A stretch of 64,000 bases of DNA, taken from the NCBI GenBank assembly GCA_017578085.2, contig PKQR02000001.1, forward strand, positions 7,105-71,104, given 5' to 3'. The notes under the pieces were generated by a model. That model was given only the letters and a program-made list of their open reading frames with translations. It did not search any database and was not told where the DNA came from. Source of the stretch: Bacillota bacterium (GTDB taxonomy: Bacteria > Bacillota > Limnochordia > Limnochordales > ZCTH02-B6). This document shows positions 56,554 through 64,000 of this stretch, piece after piece. A program made the position numbers and the translations under genes. Within the stretch, counting starts at the first letter, position 1. Each line of letters starts with the position of its first letter.

Positions 56554-57393
56554 ATGGCCGACATTCGCGTGGTGACCGACAGCGGCGCCGACATCCCCAA
56601 AGACCTGGCACAGGAGCTTGGGATCCGTGTCGTGCCCCTGACCATCCACTTCGGCGATGAGGAGCGCCGGGACGGCGTGGACCTGACACCGGAAGAGTTT
56701 TTCCGGCGCTTGAGGTCGGGGCAGCTCTCCCGGACGACGCAACCGTCGCCGGCGGATTTTGAAAAGGTTTACCGGGCCCTGGCGGAGGAAGGGGCGGACG
56801 CCATTATCTCGTGCCACCTCTCCGCCGAGATGAGCGGCACCGTGCAGTCCGCCACGCTGGCGTCCCAGATGGTGGACGTGCCCGTGCACGTGGTGGACAC
56901 CCGCTCGGCCTCCATGGGCATTGGCATGGTCGCCATCGAGGCCGCGCGGTTGGCCCGTCAGGGAGCCGGCGTAGACGACATCCTCGCGCGGTTGCGGGGC
57001 ATCATCGCACAGCAGCGCGTGCTCTTTATGGTTGACACCCTCGAGTATCTGCAGCGCAACGGCCGGATCGGCAAGGCCCAAGCTTTCCTCGGCGGGTTGC
57101 TCAACGTGAAGCCGCTTCTCACCATCGACGACGGCGTCGTGGCCCCTTTGGAGCGGGCCCGGGGCCATGCCAAGGCGGTCTCCCGGATCGTGGAGCGGAT
57201 GGTGGCGCTGGCCGGCGATAAACCGCAGCGGGTGGCTGTGGTGCATGGCGACGCACCCGCGGAAGCCGCGTCCCTCGCGGAGCAGATCCGCGCCCGGGTC
57301 CAGGTGGCGGAAATGTTCATCGCTATGCTCGGGCCAACCATTGGCACCCACGCGGGGCCGGGGACGCTGGGGGTCGTCTTTTATCCCGCCTGA
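56554..57393 (+). CDS. DegV family fatty-acid-binding protein
   Basis: ATG 56554 follows GGAAGGGAG. Motifs present: IRVVTDSGADIP, TTQPSP and LEYLQRNGRIGKA. Confidence 0.92.
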   Translation: MADIRVVTDSGADIPKDLAQELGIRVVPLTIHFGDEERRDGVDLTPEEFFRRLRSGQLSRTTQPSPADFEKVYRALAEEGADAIISCHLSAEMSGTVQSATLASQMVDVPVHVVDTRSASMGIGMVAIEAARLARQGAGVDDILARLRGIIAQQRVLFMVDTLEYLQRNGRIGKAQAFLGGLLNVKPLLTIDDGVVAPLERARGHAKAVSRIVERMVALAGDKPQRVAVVHGDAPAEAASLAEQIRARVQVAEMFIAMLGPTIGTHAGPGTLGVVFYPA

Positions 57394-57421
57394 GACCTGA
57401 TGTCCCGACCGGAGGACAGGC

Positions 57422-59551
57422 ATGGCGGTCGACGTGTTGGATGAGCCGGTCACCGCGGTGCCGGGGATCGGCCCGGCGCGGGCGGCTTGCCTGCACCGGC
57501 TGGGCATTTACACCGTTGGGCAGCTGCTCCACCACGTGCCCCGCCGGCACCTGGATCTACGGCGGACGACCGCGGTGGCTGACCTGATCGAAGGGGTGCA
57601 GGTCACCGTCATCGGAACGGTCAGCCGGGTGCATTGGCGGCCGGCAGGCAGCGAGCCCGGCCTTTGGATTGGGCAGGCAACCCTCACCGACGATCACGGG
57701 GACACCCTGGAACTGGTCTGGTTCGCCCGGGCGCCCGCAGGCAGGCGGCGCCCGGTGCGTTTTCCGGTTCAGACAACCCCGGGCCAGCGAGTGCTGGCCA
57801 GCGGTCGCGTCTACCGGGCACTGGGGCGGGGATGGCAAATGCGCCATCCCGAATTGGAGCCGATCGCTCAAGATCCGGGCGCAGTGTCCCTGCACACGGG
57901 CCGCCTGGTGCCGCACTACCCCTTGACCGAAGGGTTGACCCAGCGGGTAATGCGCCGCCTGGTGCACGCGGCATTGGCTTACGCCGCGGGACGCGTCCAG
58001 GATCCGTTGCCGCCTCGCGTGCTGGAGGAAACCGGCCTGCCGCCTAAGGAGCAGGCCCTGCGCTGGTTGCACTTTCCCGACGATGACGCCTGTCTCGACG
58101 CCGCCCGGCGGCGGCTGGCCTTCGAAGACCTGCTGCTCTTGCGGCTCGCGGTCGCGTTGCGCCGCCAAATGGGCGGAGCTGCCGCCGGCTGGCCGCTTGA
58201 GCCCCCCGGCCCGCTGGTGCAGCGGTGGCTCTGCGGGCTCCCCTTTGCGCCAACGGCCGCGCAACGCCGGGCCATCGCGGAGATCGAACAGGATCTGGTC
58301 CAATCCCGCCCCATGCAGCGGCTGCTGCAGGGGGACGTGGGCAGCGGCAAGACCCTGGTGGCGGCCTACGTTCTCTTGCGGGCCGTGGAGCAAGGACTGC
58401 AGGCGGCGCTCTTGGCCCCCAGCGACATCCTTGCGCAGCAGCACGCCGCGACGCTGAGCGCCTGGTTCGCCCCCTTGGGCGTCCGCGTGCGCCTCTTGAG
58501 GGGCGCGACGGCGCGGGAGGAGCGGGAGGCGATTTTGGGCGAGCTGGCGCGGGGCGAGCCGGCGGTCGTGGTCGGCACCCATGCCCTCCTGCAGCCGGAC
58601 GTGGTCTTCACGCGGCTCGCGGCGGTGGTCGTCGACGAGCAGCACCGCTTTGGCGTGCGGCAGCGGGCGGCGTTGGCCGCGCGCGAGCGGCCGCCTCATC
58701 TCTTGGTGGTCAGCGCAACGCCCATCCCGCGCACCTTGGCGCTCTGCCTGTACGGCGACCTGGATCTGAGCGTCCTGGACGAAGCGCCGCCGGGCCGCTT
58801 GCCCGTGGACACCCGCTGGGTGCGGCCGGCCCGCCGCGAGGAAGTGTACCGCTTCGTGCGGCGGATGGTGGAGGGCGGACGCCAGGCATTCGTTGTGTTT
58901 CCCGCCATCGGCGACGCAGGAGACGAGGGGGGAGAGGGCGGCGACGGCGAGGGAGACGAAAGACCGGCGCTGGCGGCGGCGCACCGGCTGGTCCGGGGGC
59001 CGCTGGCAGGCTTGCGGGTCGCGGTCGTGCACGGGCGCCAGCCTCCAGCCCAGCAGGCGGAGACGATGGCCCGCTTCCGGGCAGGAGAGGTGCAGGTGCT
59101 GTTGGCCACCAGCGTCGTGGAGGTGGGGGTCGACGTTCCCAACGCCGCCGTCATGGTGATCGAGGGCGCCGACCGGTTTGGCCTGGCGCAGCTGCACCAG
59201 CTGCGGGGACGGGTTGGGCGCGGCGGCGGACAGGCCTACTGCTTCCTCATCGCCGATCCTACGACGCCTGCCGCCCGGCGGCGCCTGCAGATGATGCGAA
59301 CAACCCAAGACGGGTTTGCCCTGGCTCAAGCCGACCTGGAGCTGCGCGGCCCCGGGGAGCTGTTGGGCCTGCGGCAGTCGGGTCTCCCGGACCTGCCGGT
59401 CCTGGCCTGGCCGCACGACCCGGGTGTCCTGAGTGAGGTGGAACGGTGGGCGGAGAGGCTACTTGGCGGACAAGCCATCGACGGCGAGCTGTGGCGGGCC
59501 GCGGCACGGCGTTTCGGGGTCCCGGAGGTCCTGCACGGATTGGGGGCGTGA
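57422..59551 (+). CDS. recG: ATP-dependent DNA helicase RecG
   Basis: The wedge/OB N-terminal domain is followed by helicase motifs GDVGSGKT, VVDEQHRFG, SATPIPRT and QLHQLRGRVGRG. An acidic Gly/Glu/Asp-rich insert lies at about 58909-58965. Confidence 0.94.
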   Translation: MAVDVLDEPVTAVPGIGPARAACLHRLGIYTVGQLLHHVPRRHLDLRRTTAVADLIEGVQVTVIGTVSRVHWRPAGSEPGLWIGQATLTDDHGDTLELVWFARAPAGRRRPVRFPVQTTPGQRVLASGRVYRALGRGWQMRHPELEPIAQDPGAVSLHTGRLVPHYPLTEGLTQRVMRRLVHAALAYAAGRVQDPLPPRVLEETGLPPKEQALRWLHFPDDDACLDAARRRLAFEDLLLLRLAVALRRQMGGAAAGWPLEPPGPLVQRWLCGLPFAPTAAQRRAIAEIEQDLVQSRPMQRLLQGDVGSGKTLVAAYVLLRAVEQGLQAALLAPSDILAQQHAATLSAWFAPLGVRVRLLRGATAREEREAILGELARGEPAVVVGTHALLQPDVVFTRLAAVVVDEQHRFGVRQRAALAARERPPHLLVVSATPIPRTLALCLYGDLDLSVLDEAPPGRLPVDTRWVRPARREEVYRFVRRMVEGGRQAFVVFPAIGDAGDEGGEGGDGEGDERPALAAAHRLVRGPLAGLRVAVVHGRQPPAQQAETMARFRAGEVQVLLATSVVEVGVDVPNAAVMVIEGADRFGLAQLHQLRGRVGRGGGQAYCFLIADPTTPAARRRLQMMRTTQDGFALAQADLELRGPGELLGLRQSGLPDLPVLAWPHDPGVLSEVERWAERLLGGQAIDGELWRAAARRFGVPEVLHGLGA

Positions 59552-59554
59552 TGG

Positions 59555-60199
59555 ATGCGGGTCATTGGCGGTCGCTGCCGGGGAATGCGGCTGCAGTCTG
59601 TGCCCGGCACCACCACCCGGCCGACGGCGGACCGGGTCAAGGAATCGCTGTTCAACATCCTCGCCCCGTGGCTGGCCGACGCCCGGGTTCTGGACCTCTT
59701 TGCCGGCACCGGGGCGCTGGGGATCGAGGCGTTGAGCCGCGGCGCGCGGGAGGCGGTGTTCGTCGAGCGGGACCCCAAGGCCCTGCGCGTCCTGCGGGCG
59801 AACCTGCGGCACACAAAGCTTGAGGAGTTGGCCGAAGTCCGCGCCGGCGACGTGGCACGGGAGCTGATTCGCCTAGGTCGGCAAGGCCGGTCGTTTAACC
59901 TGGTGTTTATGGACCCGCCGTACCATCAGGGGCTTGCCCCGCCAGCGCTTGTTTCCCTCGCGGAAAATGGCCTCGTGGCGCCTGACGGATGGGTCGTGGT
60001 GGAGCATGACGGGCGAGAGGAAATGCCCGAGCGGGCAGCGAATCTCGCCAAGGTCCGCACAGTCCGCTACGGCGATACCGTGCTGGCTTTCTACCGGCCG
60101 GCTCCTGAATACGGCCGCCAGACGACCGCGGGCGCAGAGTCCGCGGCTGGGCCGCCGACCCAGCCCCAGGAGACCGGCGGCCACGAGGGGGGGCAATGA
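59555..60199 (+). CDS. rsmD: 16S rRNA (guanine966-N2)-methyltransferase RsmD
   Basis: Motifs present: MRVIGG..RG..L, TRPTADRVKESLFN, DLFAGTGALGIEALSRGA and FMDPPY. A non-conserved tail of about 35 aa follows. Confidence 0.92.
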   Translation: MRVIGGRCRGMRLQSVPGTTTRPTADRVKESLFNILAPWLADARVLDLFAGTGALGIEALSRGAREAVFVERDPKALRVLRANLRHTKLEELAEVRAGDVARELIRLGRQGRSFNLVFMDPPYHQGLAPPALVSLAENGLVAPDGWVVVEHDGREEMPERAANLAKVRTVRYGDTVLAFYRPAPEYGRQTTAGAESAAGPPTQPQETGGHEGGQ

Positions 60200-60696
60200 T
60201 GCGCATCGCGGTCTGTCCTGGCAGTTTCGACCCGGTGACCCTGGGCCACTTGGACATCGTGGAGCGGGCCGCCCGGCTGTTTGATCTCCTCTACGTGGCT
60301 GTCCTGGACAACACCCGCAAGCAAGCGCTTTTTACAGCGGCAGAGCGGGTGGAGATGCTGCGGGAAGCGACCGCGCACCTGCCCAACGTGCGGTGCGAGA
60401 CCTTCAGCGGCCTGGTGGTGGACTACGCCAAGAGTCGCGGCGCCGCCGTCATCGTCCGCGGCGTGCGCAGCCCGTCGGACTGTGAGTATGAGCTGCAGAT
60501 GGCCGGCATGAACCGTGCGCTGGCGCCCGGTATAGAGACGCTGCTCTTGCCGACGAGCCCGGCATACGCCCACGTGCGCTCGAGCCTCGTGAAGGAGGTC
60601 GCGGTGTTGGGCGGGCCCGTAGACGCGTGGGTGCCGGAACACGTAAGCCAACGCCTGCGGGAGCGCCTACAAGCGAAGGGCGGTGCAGGGCGGTGA
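60196..60696 (+). CDS. coaD: Phosphopantetheine adenylyltransferase
   Basis: It overlaps the rsmD stop by ATGA. Motifs present: CPGSFDPVTLGHLDI and VRGVRS..DCEYE. Confidence 0.95.
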   Translation: MMRIAVCPGSFDPVTLGHLDIVERAARLFDLLYVAVLDNTRKQALFTAAERVEMLREATAHLPNVRCETFSGLVVDYAKSRGAAVIVRGVRSPSDCEYELQMAGMNRALAPGIETLLLPTSPAYAHVRSSLVKEVAVLGGPVDAWVPEHVSQRLRERLQAKGGAGR

Positions 60697-61142
60697 ACCG
60701 GATCAATTTGCTGCTGCTTTTGGACAAGCTGGAGCAGATGGTGCAGGAGGCGCCGCGGGTTCCCATCGGAAACCGGGCCCTGATCAATGCCGGTGAAATG
60801 CTGGAGCTCATCGCCAAGATCCGGGAGACGCTGCCCGAGGAGGTAAAGCGGGCTGACCGGCTGGCTGCCGACACCGAACGACTGCTCCAGCAGGGCCAGT
60901 CGGAAGCCGAGCGCATGGTCCGGGAAGCAGAGGCGTACGCGGCGCGCCTGGTGAGCGAGTCCGAGGTGCTCCGGCGAGCCCAGGCCGAGGCCAAGAAGAT
61001 CATCGAAGAGGCTCAAAAGCGGGCCAAGGAGATCGAGGAGGGCGCCGACGCCTACGCGGACGGGGTCCTGCGCAACCTGGAGGAGGCCCTCGAGCGCACG
61101 CTGCGCACGGTCAAGAAAGGCCGCAGCGAACTGCAGCGCTGA
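60693..61142 (+). CDS. Coiled-coil protein (ATPase subunit b/H-like repeat; unknown function)
   Basis: GTG 60693 overlaps the coaD stop (GTGA). The 149-aa protein is predicted to be almost entirely helical, with EAE..A..L..E...L..A..EA..I..EAQ heptad-like repeats. A similar small gene follows coaD in other Clostridia, to my recollection. Confidence 0.65.
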   Translation: MNRINLLLLLDKLEQMVQEAPRVPIGNRALINAGEMLELIAKIRETLPEEVKRADRLAADTERLLQQGQSEAERMVREAEAYAARLVSESEVLRRAQAEAKKIIEEAQKRAKEIEEGADAYADGVLRNLEEALERTLRTVKKGRSELQR

Positions 61143-61155
61143 ACGCCCCGCAACG

Positions 61156-62400
61156 TCAGCGCGACCGCGTCCAAAAGGCCGTCCACCGGCCGATGGCCGA
61201 CCCGATCCCCGCCACAACCAGCATCAAGAGGCCCAGCTGGGTCGCGGTGGCGGTGGCGTGAAACAGCCGCCCGCCAAAAGACAGCGGCTGCACCGCCCAC
61301 ACCGGGGGCAACACCGGCAGCGCCGCGCCTGGGACCCCTCCGCCCAGCCACGCCCCGGCGGGACCGAGGGCGAACCAGGCGGCAATGGCGGCCAGCACGG
61401 CGTGCAGAAAGCGGGCGGCGATATAGGGCCCGAGGCGAATGTCCGTGCCGCGAAGCATCACCGCCACTTGAGCGTGGACCGAGAGCCCGCTCCAGGCGAC
61501 GATGGCGCTGGCGGCCACGGCTTTGTCCAATAGCGGGGCGGTGGCTTCACTGGCCGTCTTGGCGCCGATGGTGATCTCTACTGCACCCCGTACCAGGGCG
61601 TCGGCGACGGTGGGGTGGACGTTGAAGTGGGCGAGGGCCGCGGCCAGGAGCTGGCTGGCCAGCGGCACGATGCCCGCGATGGTCAGCACCTGGAGCATCA
61701 CCGAGAACATGATGATTGACCCGCCGACAAAGAGCAGCGTGTTCATGGAGTTGCGCACTGCGTCGCCAAACAGCTGCCCGATGGGGCGGCCGTCCCGCTC
61801 GCGGGCATCCCGGAGTGCGGCCAGTGCCCGTACCAAAAGCGGGGCCGCGGCGCGGGGCTCCTCGGTCTGCGGCGCGCGGCGGGCGTGAAACCGCATTAGA
61901 AACCCGACGCCGAACGCCCCAACATAGTGAGCAAGGGCGAGGGTCCCCGCCAGCTCGGGCACGGCGAACATGCCGATGGCGACCGCACCCGCGAGGAAAA
62001 GGGGATCGGCCGTGTTGGCAAAGCTCACGAGCCGTTCGCCCTCTGGGCCCGTGCACAGGTTGGCGCGGCGCAGGTCCGCGGCGACTTTTGCACCCAACGG
62101 GTACCCCGCGGCAAGGCCGATGGCCACGGCAAAGGCACCGGCGCCGGGCAGGCGGAAAAGCGGCCGCATAAGGGGCTCGAGAATGACGCCGATAAAATGG
62201 ATGACGCCGAGCCCCATCATGATCTCGGCCATGACGAAGAAGGGCAGCAGGGCGGGAAAAACAACTTCGAACCACAAACGGAGGCCCGTCAAGGAGGCGG
62301 AGAAGGACGCTTCGGGGAAAAGAAGGATCATGGCGGTGACCAGCGACGCCAAGATGGCCAGGCTGTAGGAGGAGATGGCCGGGCGAGCGGCTTGGGGCAC
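61156..62400 (-). CDS. ylbJ: Sporulation integral membrane protein YlbJ
   Basis: GTG 62400 follows GGGAGGG. The 414-aa polytopic protein has LRLWFEVVFPALLPFF and duplicated nucleoside-recognition (Gate)-like halves. Its location next to coaD, on the opposite strand, matches B. subtilis. Confidence 0.88.
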   Translation of the reverse strand: MPQAARPAISSYSLAILASLVTAMILLFPEASFSASLTGLRLWFEVVFPALLPFFVMAEIMMGLGVIHFIGVILEPLMRPLFRLPGAGAFAVAIGLAAGYPLGAKVAADLRRANLCTGPEGERLVSFANTADPLFLAGAVAIGMFAVPELAGTLALAHYVGAFGVGFLMRFHARRAPQTEEPRAAAPLLVRALAALRDARERDGRPIGQLFGDAVRNSMNTLLFVGGSIIMFSVMLQVLTIAGIVPLASQLLAAALAHFNVHPTVADALVRGAVEITIGAKTASEATAPLLDKAVAASAIVAWSGLSVHAQVAVMLRGTDIRLGPYIAARFLHAVLAAIAAWFALGPAGAWLGGGVPGAALPVLPPVWAVQPLSFGGRLFHATATATQLGLLMLVVAGIGSAIGRWTAFWTRSR

Positions 62401-62478
62401 AGAAGGTCCCTCCCGTCAGCGCATCATACGAGCCGCCCGTGGGGGAATATTCTTGCGGCCGCTGACAGGGTATTTTCG

Positions 62479-62507
62479 TTGACACCCCCGGGGGCAGGCC
62501 GTATAAT
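62479..62507 (+). promoter_or_regulatory. Perfect consensus sigma-A promoter of yceD-rpmF(-plsX)
   Basis: TTGACA (62479-62484), an exact 17-nt spacer, then TATAAT (62502-62507), 18 nt upstream of the yceD start. Confidence 0.7.
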
Positions 62508-62525
62508 TGGGGCGGTGAGGCAGCG

Positions 62526-63086
62526 GTGCAACTTTCCATCGCATCGATTCGCGAGCGTCGGGGGGCGTCACTCCCCTTTGATTTTATTGTGCCAGCAGAG
62601 GAGTGGGCGCCGCTGGGCGGGGAGGTGCCCGCGGTGGCGCCGGTGCATGTCCATGGCCACGTGACCAACACGGGCGAGTCGATGCTCGTGCAGGGAGAGG
62701 CCACCGGCGAGTTTGCCCTGGTTTGCGCCCGTTGCCTGAAACCCATCCGGGCCCGCCTCCGGGCTGACCTGGAAGAGCGGTTTCGCCGCCAGGCGGGACG
62801 CGCGCCGCAGCGGGACCCGGAGTGGGAAGACGTGCCGGCAGGAGGCGATGAAGAAGACGACTTCCGCCCTTACCACGGCGACCGGCTCGATTTGGAGAAC
62901 GCCGTGCGGGAAGCGTTGCTCCTGCAGGTGCCGATGAAGCCGGTCTGCCAGCCCGACTGCCGGGGCTTGTGTCCGCAGTGCGGGGCCAACCTCAACGAAG
63001 GCGACTGCGGTTGTGAGCCGGAAATCGGGGATCCCCGCTTTGCGGTGCTGCGGGAGTGGGGCAAGCGCCCGCCCGAGGACAAATAA
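62526..63086 (+). CDS. YceD/YlbN family (DUF177) ribosome-maturation-associated protein
   Basis: The start is GTG. The characteristic Cys motifs are ..LVCARCLKP.. and C-terminal CQPDCRGLCPQCGANLNEGDCGC. Its position directly upstream of rpmF is conserved. Confidence 0.9.
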   Translation: MQLSIASIRERRGASLPFDFIVPAEEWAPLGGEVPAVAPVHVHGHVTNTGESMLVQGEATGEFALVCARCLKPIRARLRADLEERFRRQAGRAPQRDPEWEDVPAGGDEEDDFRPYHGDRLDLENAVREALLLQVPMKPVCQPDCRGLCPQCGANLNEGDCGCEPEIGDPRFAVLREWGKRPPEDK

Positions 63087-63176
63087 GCTCAGAGGGCCGG
63101 CAACCGCCTGTCTACAATTCTTATCCTGGATTCACGCCAGCGGGTTTCGACGCGGATTAGAGGAGGTTGAAAAACA

Positions 63177-63365
63177 TTGGCCAATCCCAAGCGGCGCCAT
63201 TCCAAGGCTCGGACCGGCAAGCGGCGCTCCACGTGGGTGCTGACCGCACCGGGGTATACGCCCTGCCCGCAGTGCAAGGCGCCCAAGCTGCCGCACCGGG
63301 TGTGCCCGGAGTGCGGCTACTACGACGGGCGCCAGATCATCGCCAAGCAGCAGGACAAGGAGTAA
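63177..63365 (+). CDS. rpmF: 50S ribosomal protein L32
   Basis: TTG 63177 lies 10 nt after AGGAGG. MANPKRRHSKARTGKRR.. is followed by the zinc ribbon CPQC..CPEC. Confidence 0.93.
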   Translation: MANPKRRHSKARTGKRRSTWVLTAPGYTPCPQCKAPKLPHRVCPECGYYDGRQIIAKQQDKE

Positions 63366-63374
63366 GCCGCTGTC

Positions 63375-64000
63375 CATGACCGCGCGCGGGCAGAAACCCA
63401 TCGCCCTTGACGCCATGGGCGGCGACCGGGCCCCGGAAGAAATCGTGCAAGGGGGCCTGCGGGCCGCGCGCGAGCTTGGCATCCCCGTTTGCCTGGTGGG
63501 CGACCGGCCGCGCCTGGAGTCCCTTTTGTCTGGGGAAACCGTTCCTGACGGACTGACCATCGAGCATGCCCCGGAAACCGTTACGATGGAAGACCACGCT
63601 GCCGAGAGCGTGCGCCGCAAGTTGCAGTCCTCCATCGTCGTAGGGGCGCGCCTGGTCGCCAGCGGCGCCGCCTCTGCCTTGGTGAGCGCCGGCAATACGG
63701 GCGCGGCTATGGCCGCGTCCTTGTTTTATATCGGCCGCCTGCCCGGGGTCGACCGACCAGCCATCGCCATCCCGCTGCCGACCCGCACGGGGTTCTGCCT
63801 CGTCCTCGACGCCGGGGCCAACGCCGAGGTGCGGCCTGAGCATCTGGTTCAGTTTGCCCGCATGGGCCGCATATACGCCCAATCGGTCTACGGCATCCGG
63901 GAGCCGAGGGTAGGGCTGCTCAACGTGGGCGAGGAGCCCACCAAGGGGACCCGCGTCGCGCAGGAGGCCCATGCGCTGCTGAGCGCAAGCCCGGGCCTAG
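63375..64000 (+). CDS. plsX: Phosphate acyltransferase PlsX (5' part, runs off the window)
   Basis: ATG 63375 opens a frame that stays open to the window end. Motifs present: IALDAMGGDRAPEEIV, SAGNTGAAMAAS and LDAGANAE. Confidence 0.92.

Noticed and set aside
58909-58965. An acidic Gly/Glu/Asp low-complexity insert in RecG (GDAGDEGGEGGDGEGDER). Similar low-complexity linkers occur in YloV, PrkC, and the DksA-like, RsmD and Def tails.
   Set aside because: These are typical GC-driven low-complexity expansions in linker or tail regions, with no independent signal of function.

Overview
This 64 kb window is high-GC (roughly 68-70% by eye) chromosomal DNA from an endospore-forming Firmicute. cotE, spo0A, ylbJ and remA are present, and the style resembles Symbiobacterium or other high-GC Clostridia, though I cannot verify the organism. 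The window is core genome. I saw no IS elements, phage genes, CRISPR arrays or rRNA.

Gene order follows the Bacillus subtilis ileS-pyr region and the ylo/ylb regions:
- Ile T-box, ileS, ylyA-like, lspA, rluD.
- A PyrR-attenuated pyrR-pyrP-pyrB-pyrC-pyrF-pyrE-thiL operon.
- A minus-strand spore-coat island.
- purB-C-L-F-M-N-H-D.
- rqcH, a TPR protein, a Ca-ATPase, yicC, mihF-like, remA, gmk, rpoZ, priA, def, fmt, a yugP-like peptidase, rsmB, spo0A.
- A hypothetical membrane protein and tRNA-Pro (both minus strand).
- rlmN, a PP2C phosphatase, a SEDS-PBP fusion, prkC, rsgA, rpe.
- An orphan consensus promoter, a structured RNA and a degenerate secretion-ATPase-like gene.
- rpmB (minus), asp23, yloV, degV, recG, rsmD, coaD, a coiled-coil protein, ylbJ (minus), yceD, rpmF, plsX (partial).

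Almost all genes are on the + strand, and many junctions are 4-nt ATGA/GTGA overlaps. GTG and TTG starts are common.

Most interesting observations:
1. cotE is embedded among two YheC/YheD ATP-grasp genes and an ATP-grasp/COOH-NH2-ligase fusion, which may be a coat-protein peptide-ligation system.
2. A single 870-aa ORF fuses a SEDS (RodA/FtsW) polymerase to a class B PBP, between the PP2C phosphatase and the PASTA kinase.
3. A perfect consensus promoter drives about 265 nt of highly structured, possibly 6S-like RNA ahead of a CpaF/VirB11-like protein with a destroyed Walker A motif.
4. An actinobacterial-type mIHF homologue lies next to remA.
5. Spo0A has a D-N instead of D-D acidic pocket and sits in an unusual locus.

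All homology calls come from motif recognition by eye and all RNA folds were done by hand. None were verified by database search.
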